From: Octopus vulgaris
Taxonomy: Eukaryota
Reading direction: 5' to 3'
Assembly (NCBI GenBank): GCA_951406725.2
Contig: OX597815.1
Span: 74,152,001 to 74,216,000, forward strand
Length of the DNA: 64,000 nt
The notes below the pieces were generated by a model. The model searched no databases. It worked only from the letters and a program-made list of their open reading frames with translations, and was not told the DNA's origin. A program made the translations under genes and the position numbers. Positions within the stretch are counted from its first letter, which is position 1. Each line of letters starts with the position of its first letter. This document shows, in pieces, positions 39,829-52,073 of this stretch.

Positions 39829-42800
39829 TTTTTTATATCACTTCAGTTTTCTCCTTCATAGATAAATTTCAGTAATTCCAAACTGTCTTTTCATTTGGAT
39901 TTACAGTTCTTTTGGTTCACAGTTCCACTTCACTTCACTTCACTTTATCCAATGGTCACATGACCATTGAAAATTTCAACAATTTGTATAATGTCAGCTC
40001 AATTGTTTTAAGAAATGGATGTGGTAGCAGTCGTAGTTGTGCATCAGAAAAGTAGAATATCTTCTCTTGAGGCACAGATCATAAGTTTTCATTTTTGCAT
40101 TTGGTTTGCAAGATTCTTGATGTAAACCCATGTATTGAAACAAATTTCATTGTATCTTGGGAAGGTCATAATGCCAGTAATAAACACTTGCCTACCAGGG
40201 GACATGTCATTGTGGTTGCAAATGGCGATAAAAGGACTTTGGCAAACTTAGCTGATTGATTGACTGACTGATTAATCAGTTGATGAGTTAACTGCTTAAA
40301 TGATTAAGCAATTGACTAATAATAATAAGAGAAGTGAAATAGAACCAGTGCTCTTTATTCTTATAAGGACCTTCTCGAGATACCACAAAATAAGTTATGA
40401 ACATCTGACAATGTGGTCTGTAGTCCTGCACTTTGTTTCTTTTTCCATTGATTTGCAAATCTGTTGAGATTTTTTTCTAAATTGTACTTTTGTTTAGACC
40501 AAATATTTACTGAAAATCTAATGAACATGGATTTTCATGTTTATTCCAAAATTTTAAACTTATTTCATAACGTTATTTACTTCAATGTTAACCTTCTACC
40601 ATACTATGTGGTTGCTTTGCCTACTAGAAATAGCAGTCAAATCATCCTCAGATTCTATTTTAGTGTCTTAAACAAGGAAGGAGACATGTATATTTAATAA
40701 TTACAATAGAATATCTTAAACAAAGATGAAATGATTGTGGGTTGGAAATATTGAGCCATAAGTCTGCTCTGTGTGTGAGCAAAACAACTCTAATAGTTAG
40801 GATCTCAGAAAGAAATTCCATAATCTTTTTGAACCAAGTTTTCAAGGACTCAACAAATTAAATATTTTATTACGGACAAACAGATTTAAATTTTCAATGT
40901 AAAATATTTTATTTATTTAGATTAATAGGAAAATATTTGTAATGTTGAAGCAACATTATTTAGTTTATTTTTCAAGGCTAATTACATAGATGTTGATCAC
41001 ACAGATTCTTGGAATGTCGTATCTTCCCAAAGATATATATGTAAAAGACAATTGAATGAATAAAAATGCAAATTGATTATAAATCTTGCAGGAGATGTCA
41101 GAGTACTTGAAATACCATTATTTTCAACAGAATATATTAGAGTTGTTTGTTTAACCAATAAAGAAAATAACAGTTGTTAGCAAATACACTTTTTTGGCAG
41201 CATATGTATTTGATTGAAGCTAAAATATAATATATAATTGCCCTGCACTAAAAATAACAGTTTGAATTTGTCTTCTCTGAAAAAATATAGATAAAATTTG
41301 ATTGTATTCTCATTATAAAGTTTTTGTGGGTTGTATTTGATATATTGAATTAACAGTCTGTAGTATGAATATGTTCTTTGAACAAGGCGACTTATTTTTT
41401 CTTTGATTCATTGTAGAATTGATTTTCTCCCCATTTATCATTTAACATTGTTTATAATAGCAAGGCTTAATTGTCTTTATGGTCATTTTCTCTGTAATTC
41501 TTTCTTTGAATTATCCAAATTCGTCTTTGTTTGAGCTTTGTCATTTAACCTCAATTTATGTCCACACCACTTGTGTATGTTTATTTTTTTTTCCTCTCCA
41601 AGACAATACTGTATTCAAACACATGGTGCTTCTACCTCTCTGCTTTTCATTTGTCTATCTGTTCTTTAGGTTATGTGATAAATCCAATAGAACATAAGGT
41701 GAGCTGGCAGAATTGCTAGCACTCCAAATAAAATGTATAGTGGCATTTTGTCTGTCTTTACATTCTGAGGTCAACTTTGCATTTCATCCTTTTGGGGTTG
41801 ATAAAATAAGTACCAGTTGAGCACTGGAAGTCAATGTAATTAAGTTACCTCCTCCCCTGGAATTACTGGCTTTGTGCTAAAATTTGAAATCAATATTTTT
41901 ACATTTGTGAAAAATAGCCACCTATATATCATACTTAATGTGTATACCCTCTGTTGATAGTCCCGCAACTGCAGTATTTGCCCTGAGGTAATATCTCTTG
42001 TGGATGTGCTGTGTTAAAAATGTAATAAATATCAGAAAGAGAGAGATGAAAATTCTTTTCAGAAATGGCCAGCAAGTGTGTCAGATGCATTTTGGCCCTT
42101 TTGGGTATTTTTAATGGCATATATGAGTACATGCCATTAAAATGGATATAGGAAAAAGTGAATAAAACACTCACTGATGTCCACATATAACCCCTTGGTT
42201 ATATTTAGTATTGGAACTAGCTATTATCTGGCCCAGTTATTCTATTTATTTTGGCAGAATATTTGACCAGTACAAATTGGTTAGAAACAACTTCTCACAC
42301 CCACCCTACACTGTCATTTTAAAAATATACAATCACATCATTGAAATCTTGAAGCTAAGCAATAAGCCATGATTGATTCAAAGCAATGTGAATAAATAAG
42401 CTCCAGATTTGACAGAGTAATATCTGAATGCTAAAGGGTTAAAGCAGGAAGTTTCTATTATAGAGCCAGTGTGGTCCCAGGCATGTTGGTATCAAAAGGT
42501 TTAAATCTTATGACTGCTCATATAGGAAACTAAAATTTTTTGCTGAATCAACTTGTAACTACTAGCAATAGGACACATTGATTTAATTTTCCAAACAAGT
42601 ATTAATCCTTGCCTAATTTCTTATTCATTCTGCTGATATATTCTCATGGTTAGCAATATTGTCACATACAGTATAAATCTGTTACAGTATGCACTCTATA
42701 GCATGTGAGTGGCATATACATACAGTATAAATCTGTAATGTAATTACATGGCATTTTATACAAAACAAAAATTAATTGAATTCAATTTGGATTAACGTTG

Positions 42801-43311
42801 GTTCTGCCATAACTGCCTCCCCCATCCCAGTTGTCATTGTCATCACCTTTTAACATCCATCATCATGCATACTGACATGAACTGGGACAGTTTGACAGGA
42901 TCCACCAAATCTGAGAACTGCATCATGCTTCAGTGTCTGCTTTGTCTAATGGCAATCACTTCACAGAGTGTACTGGGTACTATTTTTGGTGGTACCAGTA
43001 CTCATGAGGCTGCCATGCAGTTCATAAGACTACGATCCCCATTGACTGAATTGGGTTACTGTAGAGAGGAATGGTTTTATGCTATATGATGTCTGAAAGT
43101 AGGTCTGAAATAGGTTTCTTGCTGTAGAGGAGCTACATGGCTATGTATCTCTTTAAACACAAAAACTTAAAGTATAACCAATTAGTCAATAGTTTTTGGC
43201 TAATTGTGTTAAAGCAAATTAAACTTTGGCTTTTCTGTTGCTTTTCAACTATACACTATATATTCTTTGTCAAAGTATATACTAAATACTCTATACTTTC
43301 AATTTCAATAG

Positions 43312-43503
43312 TCTTTTATTCTTTTACTTGTTTTGGTCATTAGACTGTGGCCATGCTTGAGCACTGCTTTGAAGGGTTTTAGTTGAAGAAATCAACACTA
43401 GGACTTATTTTTTAAAGCCTAGTACTTATTCTCTCGATCTCTTTTGCCGAACCACTAAGTTATGGGGATGTAAACACACCAACACCAGTTGTCAAGCAGT
43501 GAT

Positions 43504-43547
<44 letters not shown>

Positions 43548-43683
43548 GATGGGTTTCTTTCAGTCTCTGTCTACCAAATCTACTCACAAGGCTTTGGTCA
43601 ACCCAAGCTGCCATACAGTGGGACTGAACCTGGAACCATGTGGTTGAGAAGCAAACTTCTTACCACACAGCCATGCCTGCACC
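43312..43683 (-). mobile_element. tRNA-derived SINE
   Basis: Reverse-complement copy of the dominant SINE with internal (CA)n. Confidence 0.8.
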
Positions 43684-44158
43684 TATATATTTGCTTTCAT
43701 TCCTTTTCTTCTTTTCAATAAACCTGTAGCCTACAAGAATAGATTGGCACTCTGTCTGTTATGACAATGAGTGTTCCAGTCAATTTGATCATTGGAACAG
43801 CCTGCTTGTGAAATGAACATGCAAATGGTTGAGCACTCCACAGACATGCATACCCATAACATCGTAATTCTCAGGGAGATTCAGTATGATGCAAAATGTG
43901 TGACCAGGCTGGACCTTTGAATCACAGGTACTATTCACATTTACCAACGGAGTGGACTAGAGCAATGTAACAAAGTGTCTTGCTTATAGAACTCATGACA
44001 TTATGATCATGTGATGAGTACCCTAATCACTAAGTCATGCATCTTCACTACAAGAATAAGCCCTTATTTTTCATGGTTCCTTTTTATTTCTACACTTTCC
44101 TGGCATTCTGTATTAGTTACAGAGATCTGAAACAATTCTTTGTTGAAAGCATTCATGC

Positions 44159-44220
<62 letters not shown>

Positions 44221-44399
44221 CAAGTTGGAGGACTAAAGATAGTAGTAGCGGGAATTGAATATGGATAGATTCAGTGTGATCTCTTATTGGGTACCATGGT
44301 ACAATGGAAAGGAGAGAGAGAGAGAGTGGTAGAGATAGGAGAGGGTATGGAAGAGGTAGATTTCAATGGATGGATGCTGAACAGGATCATAATGTCAGA

Positions 44400-44560
44400 C
44401 ACATTATCCCTATCTCTGTTCTATTAGATACATATCCCTGCCTCCATTCTGTTAGATACACATCCTTGTCTCCATTACATTAGATATTATACATCCATCA
44501 CCATTGTATTAGACATTATACATCCCTGTCTCCATTATATATAGATTTAATATATGTCCC
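44400..44560. repeat. Degenerate minisatellite, about 30-bp unit
   Basis: Units like catccctgtctccattctattagata repeated about 5 times. Confidence 0.65.
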
Positions 44561-46332
44561 TGTATAATAATTTGTAACAGTCCTAAGAGTAAAAGAGGTG
44601 ATAATTATATAACAATGAATCTAGTTTTCAAAAGATTTTCTCCTTCAGTATGACCTGTGTGGGATTTATATCCTTTTAAGGATTTATATCCTTTTAAGAA
44701 TTAAAAGGCTTCAGAAAACAAAATTGCCAAAGAAATTGCATTTCATGGTTCTCTACGTGCTTAGAACAAAGAATTTTTAAATAACAGTGGGCTCTGCTCA
44801 GATACTATAAGAATTCATAATACTCTTGGCCTTTATCCACAATCATTTAAAATATCAAAATTAACTTTTTACATTGGTTTTGTCTAACTGCCACGATATT
44901 TCTTTTACTAGTAATTTATTCATTTATTCCTCTATAGCTGCCAATATTATATCACATATTGTATAAATTTCTGCTGTATTCTTAAATTAAAGCTGTCACT
45001 GTATTCAGTGTCATATTTTTATGATTTGCATTTGAAAGGCTAATTGCAAGATTTATTGCTGAAAGGTTAATTGTATGAGAGAATTTCTCAGCAGATAGCA
45101 TTATTACCTTCAAAAAGATTAATTTTAATTAGCCATGCTTTGCGGAGGCCAAATATATCACTGGTCATATGCCTTTGAATCTCAAAAATCAAACTACAGT
45201 GGCGTTATGTTTGAGCTTTTTGAAAGACATGATATCAAGTTGCTAATGATCTAGCCAGACATAATGGTAGATTTAATGAAGCTGTTGACCTTGTTACAGA
45301 TATGGACCAATAGTGACAGTGGATTGGCTAGTGTTAATTACACATCTTTATATGTTGTACTGGACTATCATTTATGGAAATGGAAAAGGAGAGAGAGAGA
45401 AATTTGTTGTATTTTCTAGTCAGAGCAGAGGACACAGAGATTTCACTGACAAATATTGATTATTTTATCATAAGACATGTCCTTCAAATGTCTGTCAACA
45501 ATCCACAAGTCACTGTGGTTAAGAATGTCACTTTGCAGCCACCTGGTTTTGGTTTCAGTGCCACTGTGTGGTACCTTGTGCAAGTGTCTTCTATAGCTCC
45601 AGGCTGACCTAAGCTCTGAAGGTGAATTTGGAAGCCTGTGTGTGTGTGTGTGAGTGTGTGTGTACACGCACATGCACACACACACACACATACATACACA
45701 GTGAATAGCTTTTTACTTGTTTGAATATGCCTCAGGTATATTTCAACTGGTAACAAGTTTATATGTGTATCATTGTGTCTGTGTTTATCTTCATCCCACC
45801 ATTTGGCAACTGGTATTGGTTAGTTTATATCTCTATAACTTAGCCATCTGGCAAAGGTGGAAAATAGAATAAGTACTAGGCTTTAAAAAAGAAATAATTA
45901 CTGGGATCAATCTGTTTAACTAAAACCCTTCAGGGCAGTACCCTAACATACTTACTGTCCAGTGACTGAAACAAAGTCAAAAATAAAATAAATATTATTT
46001 GATGATGAATTATGTTGAAAAATAACAAACAGACTTTATTTTCATATTATAATGAAGATTTATGAGAGGACAAGAGGATTATTGTAATTCATGCATGATG
46101 TTTCCCATTATGTTCTGACAACATAATATTGTGTCTTACAAGGATCTCTTGGGCCAACATTTTGCCCTTCAGTTTTGTTTCTTATGTTTTGAATTTTATG
46201 TACCTATCTTCATTACAGTCATAAATATTGGGTACTCTTTTACTTGTTTCAGTCATTTGACTGCGGTCATGCTGGAGCACCGCCTTTAGTTGAGCAAATC
46301 GACCCCGGTAATGACTAAAATAATAGGATTGC

Positions 46333-46423
46333 GAAGACAAGCAGCTGAAATGAGGTTTCTGTGAAGACAAGCAGCTGAAATGAGGTTTCTGTGACAAGCA
46401 GCTGAAATGAGGTTTCTGTGAAG
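46333..46423. repeat. 30-bp tandem repeat, 3 copies
   Basis: gaagacaagcagctgaaatgaggtttctgt x3; the third copy lacks 3 nt. Confidence 0.9.
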
Positions 46424-49278
46424 GATCTCTGGAGTAATGCTACTTGACAGGCCATGTAGTTTAGAGATCAAGAGGTCATGAATATTGGGTAATGACTGAA
46501 AGTGTATGATTACAAAGGCAAGCAGCTGAAGGAACAATTAGCAATAATACTAAATACAATATCAGCAAAAGGAATTATTCAACACCATCTGATAAACAAC
46601 ATCTTCCTTTTCAAATACCAAATGTACTCATAAAGAATAAAACATGAATTAGAATTAAATGTTTATAGTTCATGCTGGTTTAATCAACAGTAAATGTGTT
46701 TAGTTCATTACAAAATTACATTTGTGTACTTAGCACAATCGGTCTAGCTACTACTTCTCAGCATCATTGAGAGGTCACAGCTTTGGTACTATGGAGAGTG
46801 TTACATGGAAGAATTGCAAAATGGAGTCTTCCAGCTGAGTCAGTTAGTAGAAACCTAGGAGTAGACCAAGAATGAGATAGTTGGAAAATATCCATAGTCT
46901 CAGTTGGTCATGCTTGTGAATCCAGTCAAAAAGTGTAATGATGGTTGCTTTTGATAGGACCCTATTGAAGAGGGGCCTGAGGACTTTTCCTCCATGACCT
47001 TCCCTGGAATAGTGGGTTGAGAAAATGGATGAATGGATGGATGAAATTATGTATAATCATCTTTTTGTTTGAGTGAATCAAGCGTGTATCTATCTTGGTC
47101 TAGCTAACTGATAACCAGATGTAAATTGCTTTCATTATCTGGTTCAGTTCTGAGTTCAAATTTCATGGAAGTTGACCTTGCCTTTCATCCTTTTTAGGGT
47201 TGATAAAATAAGCACCAGTTGAGTGCTAAGGTCAATGCAATTGACTTACCCATTCCCTAAAATTGCTGACCTTGTGCTAAAATTTGAAACTTTGTATTGA
47301 CATTTCTCTAATTATTAAAGACTGTTTTTTTTAGGTTGCACAGAACAAGCAAACTAAACACAATACAACAACACAAACTTAAAAAGTAAAATGTGATTAA
47401 ATGAGACTATAGATTATTGGAATTGTCATAGATTTTAGATAATCTAATGAATGTTGTAACTTATTAGCTGTCTTTTAAGATATTGCTTTCATGAAGAATT
47501 TGTATGTTTTTTATTTACAATATAGAATCAATCATATATATTGAGAGAGTATCTGGAACACATTCTACTCTTTGTTTTTAATGTTATTAGTTATGGCATG
47601 AATAGTCTTTTTGATTGGAAATCAGCTGCTTGACTGGATGGGTAGAATGAAGTTTTGTTATGGCATCACCACAGAACCTATAGAATGTTGACGATCTATA
47701 CTGTATAATCAAAGAATAATAGAAACAAATTCCAATTTTTCATCACTTTCAGATGTAACAGACATTGAGCAAAAAAATATAATGTATTTTGTTGCTCAGT
47801 TGGAACTCATTGTTTGTGTTAATAATAATGTTTTTATCCCTGGTTCTAAATATATGGTGCTTAGAATTCTATATAGAATAGCTATAGATGCAGGTGTGGG
47901 TGTGTGGTTAAGAAGTTTGCTTCCAAACCACATGGTTTCAGATTCAGTCCCACTGTCTGCCATCTTGGGCAAGTGTCTTCTATTTTAGCCCTGAAAATTT
48001 GTTAGATGGAAACTGAAAAGCCTGCTGCATGTGTGTATATGTTTATCTCTCCTTGTTTTGACGTTGCCTGATAATAAGTTTCATTGTCATATAAGCTATG
48101 TCATTCAGCTCCAATATTCTGGGAAAGCATGCTGGGCCATGATGAAACACTACCTTGCTTGGAAACAGGTGAGGGTTGGTAACAGGAAGAGTATCTGGCC
48201 ATAGAAAATCCTGCTCAATAAAAAATCTGTTCTAGTAATGTAAGCATGGAATAATGGAAATTATAGCAATAGTAAAGATGATGAATGGACATTAAAACAC
48301 ATTGAAAATAACGTAATATTTCAACATATAACTAATAAATCTTTTGTCGACTACATTACTAAGACTTAAATAAAACCAGTTTAGTCCATTTTCTTCATAA
48401 GTAATAACCTGCTCCCACTGTTAGTTCCAAGTACCTTTTATACCTTTTCTCTGCTGGAGAGTTACATAGATAGCTGGACACTTAACACTGGAGTTGCTTC
48501 TTCTGCTTCCATATTTTTGTTGATGCAATAATGACCATTTTTTTTTTAAACCAGAAGTTATTTTTAAAAATATGTGGTAAAGTACATGTGCTCATTATTC
48601 TAAATTATATTAATTATGGGCAGAAAGAATAAAGAAGCCTTGCTGCTGGTTTCCAGTTACATCTAAATTCAAATCTAATGGCTTGATTGGAAACATGCCT
48701 TGCAATGGTAGTTGTTTAGAATGCATGAAATTCTTTTGAATTGAGGCCAATAGATATTCCAAAAGAAACTAGCCTAGGTCTCTCTCTGTCTGTCTGTCTC
48801 TCTCTCTCACTTAATAAAATATGATGCCTAACACTGCTTTAGGCCAGATGAATAATCTTACAGTGATTTTGTACTGGTTAAAGCTCAGATTAAATGTAAG
48901 GAACACCTCTCAGAAAATACAGTGCTTTTTTTTTTCTTAAGTGTGTTTTGATTTGGCTATTTTTTTTTTGTCTGTTTGTGTGCCTGTTTGTACCAAACAC
49001 ATATACTGTGCACTAATTAAATCTATATTTTAGTACGAAGGTATTCTGAAAATTGCACATCTCTCTCTTTCCACACAGACACAAGCATAAACGCATACTA
49101 AAAATCAAATGACAATAAAAGATAGCTTTAAAAAAATTATATATATATATATATATATCACAATCAAGGAACGGCCATAATAGGCCATTCACCCACTAGA
49201 AATAACAGCCAAAGCTTCAACCGCAAAATAACATTAATTCCGTAAACCAGGAGAAAATTAAAAAACATTTACCCTGTA

Positions 49279-49385
49279 ATTTCTTATACGATGCACCGTT
49301 TCATCTACTGTTTAATGGTAAACTAACCTGATTAAATTAAGTCAAGCCAATCTTCCATAGGCCCTTAGATTCCTCAGTAAGAAAT
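49279..49385 (-). ncRNA. Type I hammerhead ribozyme (intact core)
   Basis: Reverse complement of 50092-50198. Confidence 0.8.
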
Positions 49386-50091
49386 AGCCAGAACGGAACA
49401 GATATTTTCACGAGGCATTTCTGTCCCTGCCTCGGCAATATCTGACCTAAAATTTTCAAATCATCGCACTCGCGCCAAATTTATCGGCAGCAAATAAATA
49501 TAAGCCGCCGATTCCATTACGGAATCAACCAGAAAATTCATAATCAATATAGGGTGGCAAAAAAAATTTTGTAGAATTTTTTTGCCACCAGCGGCCTAGT
49601 GGGAAAAAATTAAATAGTCATAGACCATTTATAAGTTCAACATCACAATCAAGGAACGGCCATAATAGGCCATTCACCCACTAGAAATAACAGCCAAAGC
49701 TTCAACCGCAAAATAACATTAATTCCGTAAACCAGGAGAAAATTAAAAAACATTTACCCTGTAATTTCTTATACGATGCACCGTTTCATCTACTGGTGAA
49801 TGGCCTATTATGGCCGTTCCTTGATTGTGATGTTGAACTTATAAATGGTCTATGACTATTTAATTTTTTCCCACTAGGCCGCTGGTGGCAAAAAAATTCT
49901 ACAAAATTTTTTTTGCCACCCTATATTGATTAATTATGAATTTTCTGGTTGATTCCGTAATGGAATCGGCGGCTTATATTTATTTGCTGCCGATAAATTT
50001 GGCGCGAGTGCGATGATTTGAAAATTTTAGGTCAGATATTGCCGAGGCAGGGACAGAAATGCCTCGTGAAAATATCTGTTCCGTTCTGGCT

Positions 50092-50198
50092 ATTTCTTAC
50101 TGAGGAATCTAAGGGCCTATGGAAGATTGGCTTGACTTAATTTAATCAGGTTAGTTTACCATTAAACAGTAGATGAAACGGTGCATCGTATAAGAAAT
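50092..50198 (+). ncRNA. Type I hammerhead ribozyme with extended stem II; predicted cleavage after 50190
   Basis: Stem I atttctta/taagaaat (8 bp), CUGAGGA (50100-50106), stem II atcta/tagat, GAAA (50175-50178), stem III acgg-tgca-tcgt, GUA triplet (50188-50190). Confidence 0.82.
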
Positions 50199-50580
50199 TA
50201 CAGGGTAAATGTTTTTTAATTTTCTCCTGGTTTACGGAATTAATGTTATTTTGCGGTTGAAGCTTTGGCTGTTATTTCTAGTGGGTGAATGGCCTATTAT
50301 GGCCATTCCTTGATTGTGATGTTGAACTTATAAATGGTCTATGACTATTTAATTTTTTCCCACTAGGCCGCTGGTGGTAAAAAAATTCTACAAAATTTTT
50401 TTTGCCACCCTATATTGATTAATTATGAATTTTCTGGTTGATTCCGTAATGGAATCGGCGGCTTATATTTATTTGCTGCCGATAAATTTGGCGCGAGTGC
50501 GATGATTTGAAAATTTTAGGTCAGATATTGCCGAGGCAGGAACAGAAATGCCTCGTGAAAATATCTGTTCCGTTCTGGCT

Positions 50581-50687
50581 ATTTCTTACTGAGGAATCTA
50601 AGGGCCTATGGAAGATTGGCTTGACTTAATTTAATCAGGTTAGTTTACCATTTAACAGTAGATGAAACGGTGCATCATATAAGAAAT
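50581..50687 (+). ncRNA. Type I hammerhead ribozyme copy with a G>A change at the cleavage triplet
   Basis: Same fold as 50092-50198, but catcAta gives an AUA triplet and a C-A mismatch in stem III. Confidence 0.7.
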
Positions 50688-50904
50688 TACAGGGTAAATG
50701 TTTTTTAATTTTCTCCTGGTTTACGGAATTAATGTTATTTTGCAGTTGAAGCTTTGGCTGTTATTTCTAGTGGGTGAATGGCCTATTATGGCCGTTCCTT
50801 GATTGTGATGTTGAACTTATAAATGGTCTATGACTATTTAATTTTTTCCCACTAGGCCGCTGGTGGCAAAAAATTCTACAAAATTTTTTTGCCACCTATA
50901 TTGA

Positions 50905-50942
<38 letters not shown>

Positions 50943-50950
50943 AAAATATA

Positions 50951-51117
50951 GGCACAGGCATGGCTGTTTGGTGAGAAGCTTGCTTCCTAACCACATGGTT
51001 CTGGATTCAGTCCCACTGTGTAGCACCATGGGCAAGTGTCTTCTACTATAGCCTTGGGTTGACCAAGACCATTGAGTGAATTTGGTAGATGGAAACTGAA
51101 AGAAGCCCATTGTATAC

Positions 51118-51164
<47 letters not shown>

Positions 51165-51340
51165 CACTACTTGACAACTGGTGTTGGTGTGTTTATGTCT
51201 CTGTAACTTAGCAGTTCGGCAAAAGAGACCGATAGAATAAGTACTAGGCTTAAAAGAAAGTCCTGGGGTTGATTTGTTTGACTTCAAGGTGGTGCTCTAG
51301 CATGGTTGCAGTCAAATGAATGAACAAGTAAAAGAATGAA
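50951..51340 (+). mobile_element. Full-length tRNA-derived SINE (dominant family)
   Basis: Head ggcacaggcatggctgtttggtgagaag...ggattcagtccc (A/B-box-like), gggcaagtgtcttc core-like motif, internal (TG)n, tail aacaagtaaaaga; many copies in the window. Confidence 0.8.
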
Positions 51341-52073
51341 GGATATCTATGATTACAGAAAATAGAAAACAATTACATAGGCATGTATGTGTGTGTGTGT
51401 GTATATTTGTTTATATTTATACCAGTCAAATAAAGCTGATGTTTATATTGTGTTTATTTACTGTGTTTATTTAATGGTTCTACAAATGAAAACTGAGAAA
51501 ACAAATACCAAACCAATATAAATGGTATTTAAAATGTTTTGGGTTTTGTAATTATAAATTTCAGAAATTATTAAATTTGCAAGATACAACGAAAATTTTA
51601 GGACAATAAAAATTAAAAAAAAAGTTGAAATTTTACCGGTGAGTGTGTTACATAATAAGGCACAAAAAGAAAATGACTCTCCCCAGACACAACAGAATTA
51701 AAGTTCACATTTTATATAACCTTTTTGTTTAACAATCTCCATTCATTATTCTGGCTACCTTAATATGTGCTTCAAGCTAGAACTTTTGTGGCTTTACTAC
51801 AAAACAAATTGTCTACATGTGTTTTTTTTGTTAGAAAATTTTACATTGAGTGGAATAAATGAAAGCGAATAAAAGTACAATATCTAATGAATATGGAGTA
51901 TGTGGAATCTAATATGTAAGGTCCTGATAGGGTATAAAGATAAGGTATTTCTAATGCAGCACTCAACCTGAGTTCTGGGCTGTCGACACTGTCAAATTCC
52001 AGACTAATACCGAAATGTGTGGGTTTAGTAAAGAGTAAAATATAATCCAAGTAGTAAGACAAAGAAATACTTT

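Larger units (their letters stand above)
49157..50910. mobile_element. Retrozyme/Penelope-like non-autonomous element: 485-489-bp unit, about 1.3 inverted plus about 2.3 tandem copies
   Basis: Unit starts recur at 49157/49642 (reverse orientation) and 49795/50284/50773. Copies are nearly identical, CpG-rich, lack an ORF, are flanked by (TA)n, and contain hammerhead folds. Confidence 0.85.

Noticed and set aside
41670-41698. 29-bp micro-exon candidate (ag|...aag|gtgagc)
   Set aside because: The donor belongs to a SINE head, the length is not a multiple of 3, and there is no supporting neighbour.
45114-45186. Short pieces resembling the 18S rRNA 5' end (gtcatatgc, agccatgc)
   Set aside because: Wrong order and too short; chance similarity.
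45221-45242. tgaaagacatg, matching the 5' end of miR-71
   Set aside because: Only 11 nt match and no precursor hairpin is evident.
49157-49641. Opposite-polarity ribozyme in the unit (ambisense, viroid-like)
   Set aside because: No CUGANGA/GAAA core found by eye on the other strand of the unit.
50032-50090. Possible pistol or HDV-like ribozyme
   Set aside because: Lacks the pistol P2/P3 arrangement and the HDV nested double pseudoknot; kept only as an unassigned structure.
50951-51025. tRNA-like A/B boxes
   Set aside because: These are SINE heads, not tRNA genes; no complete cloverleaf.
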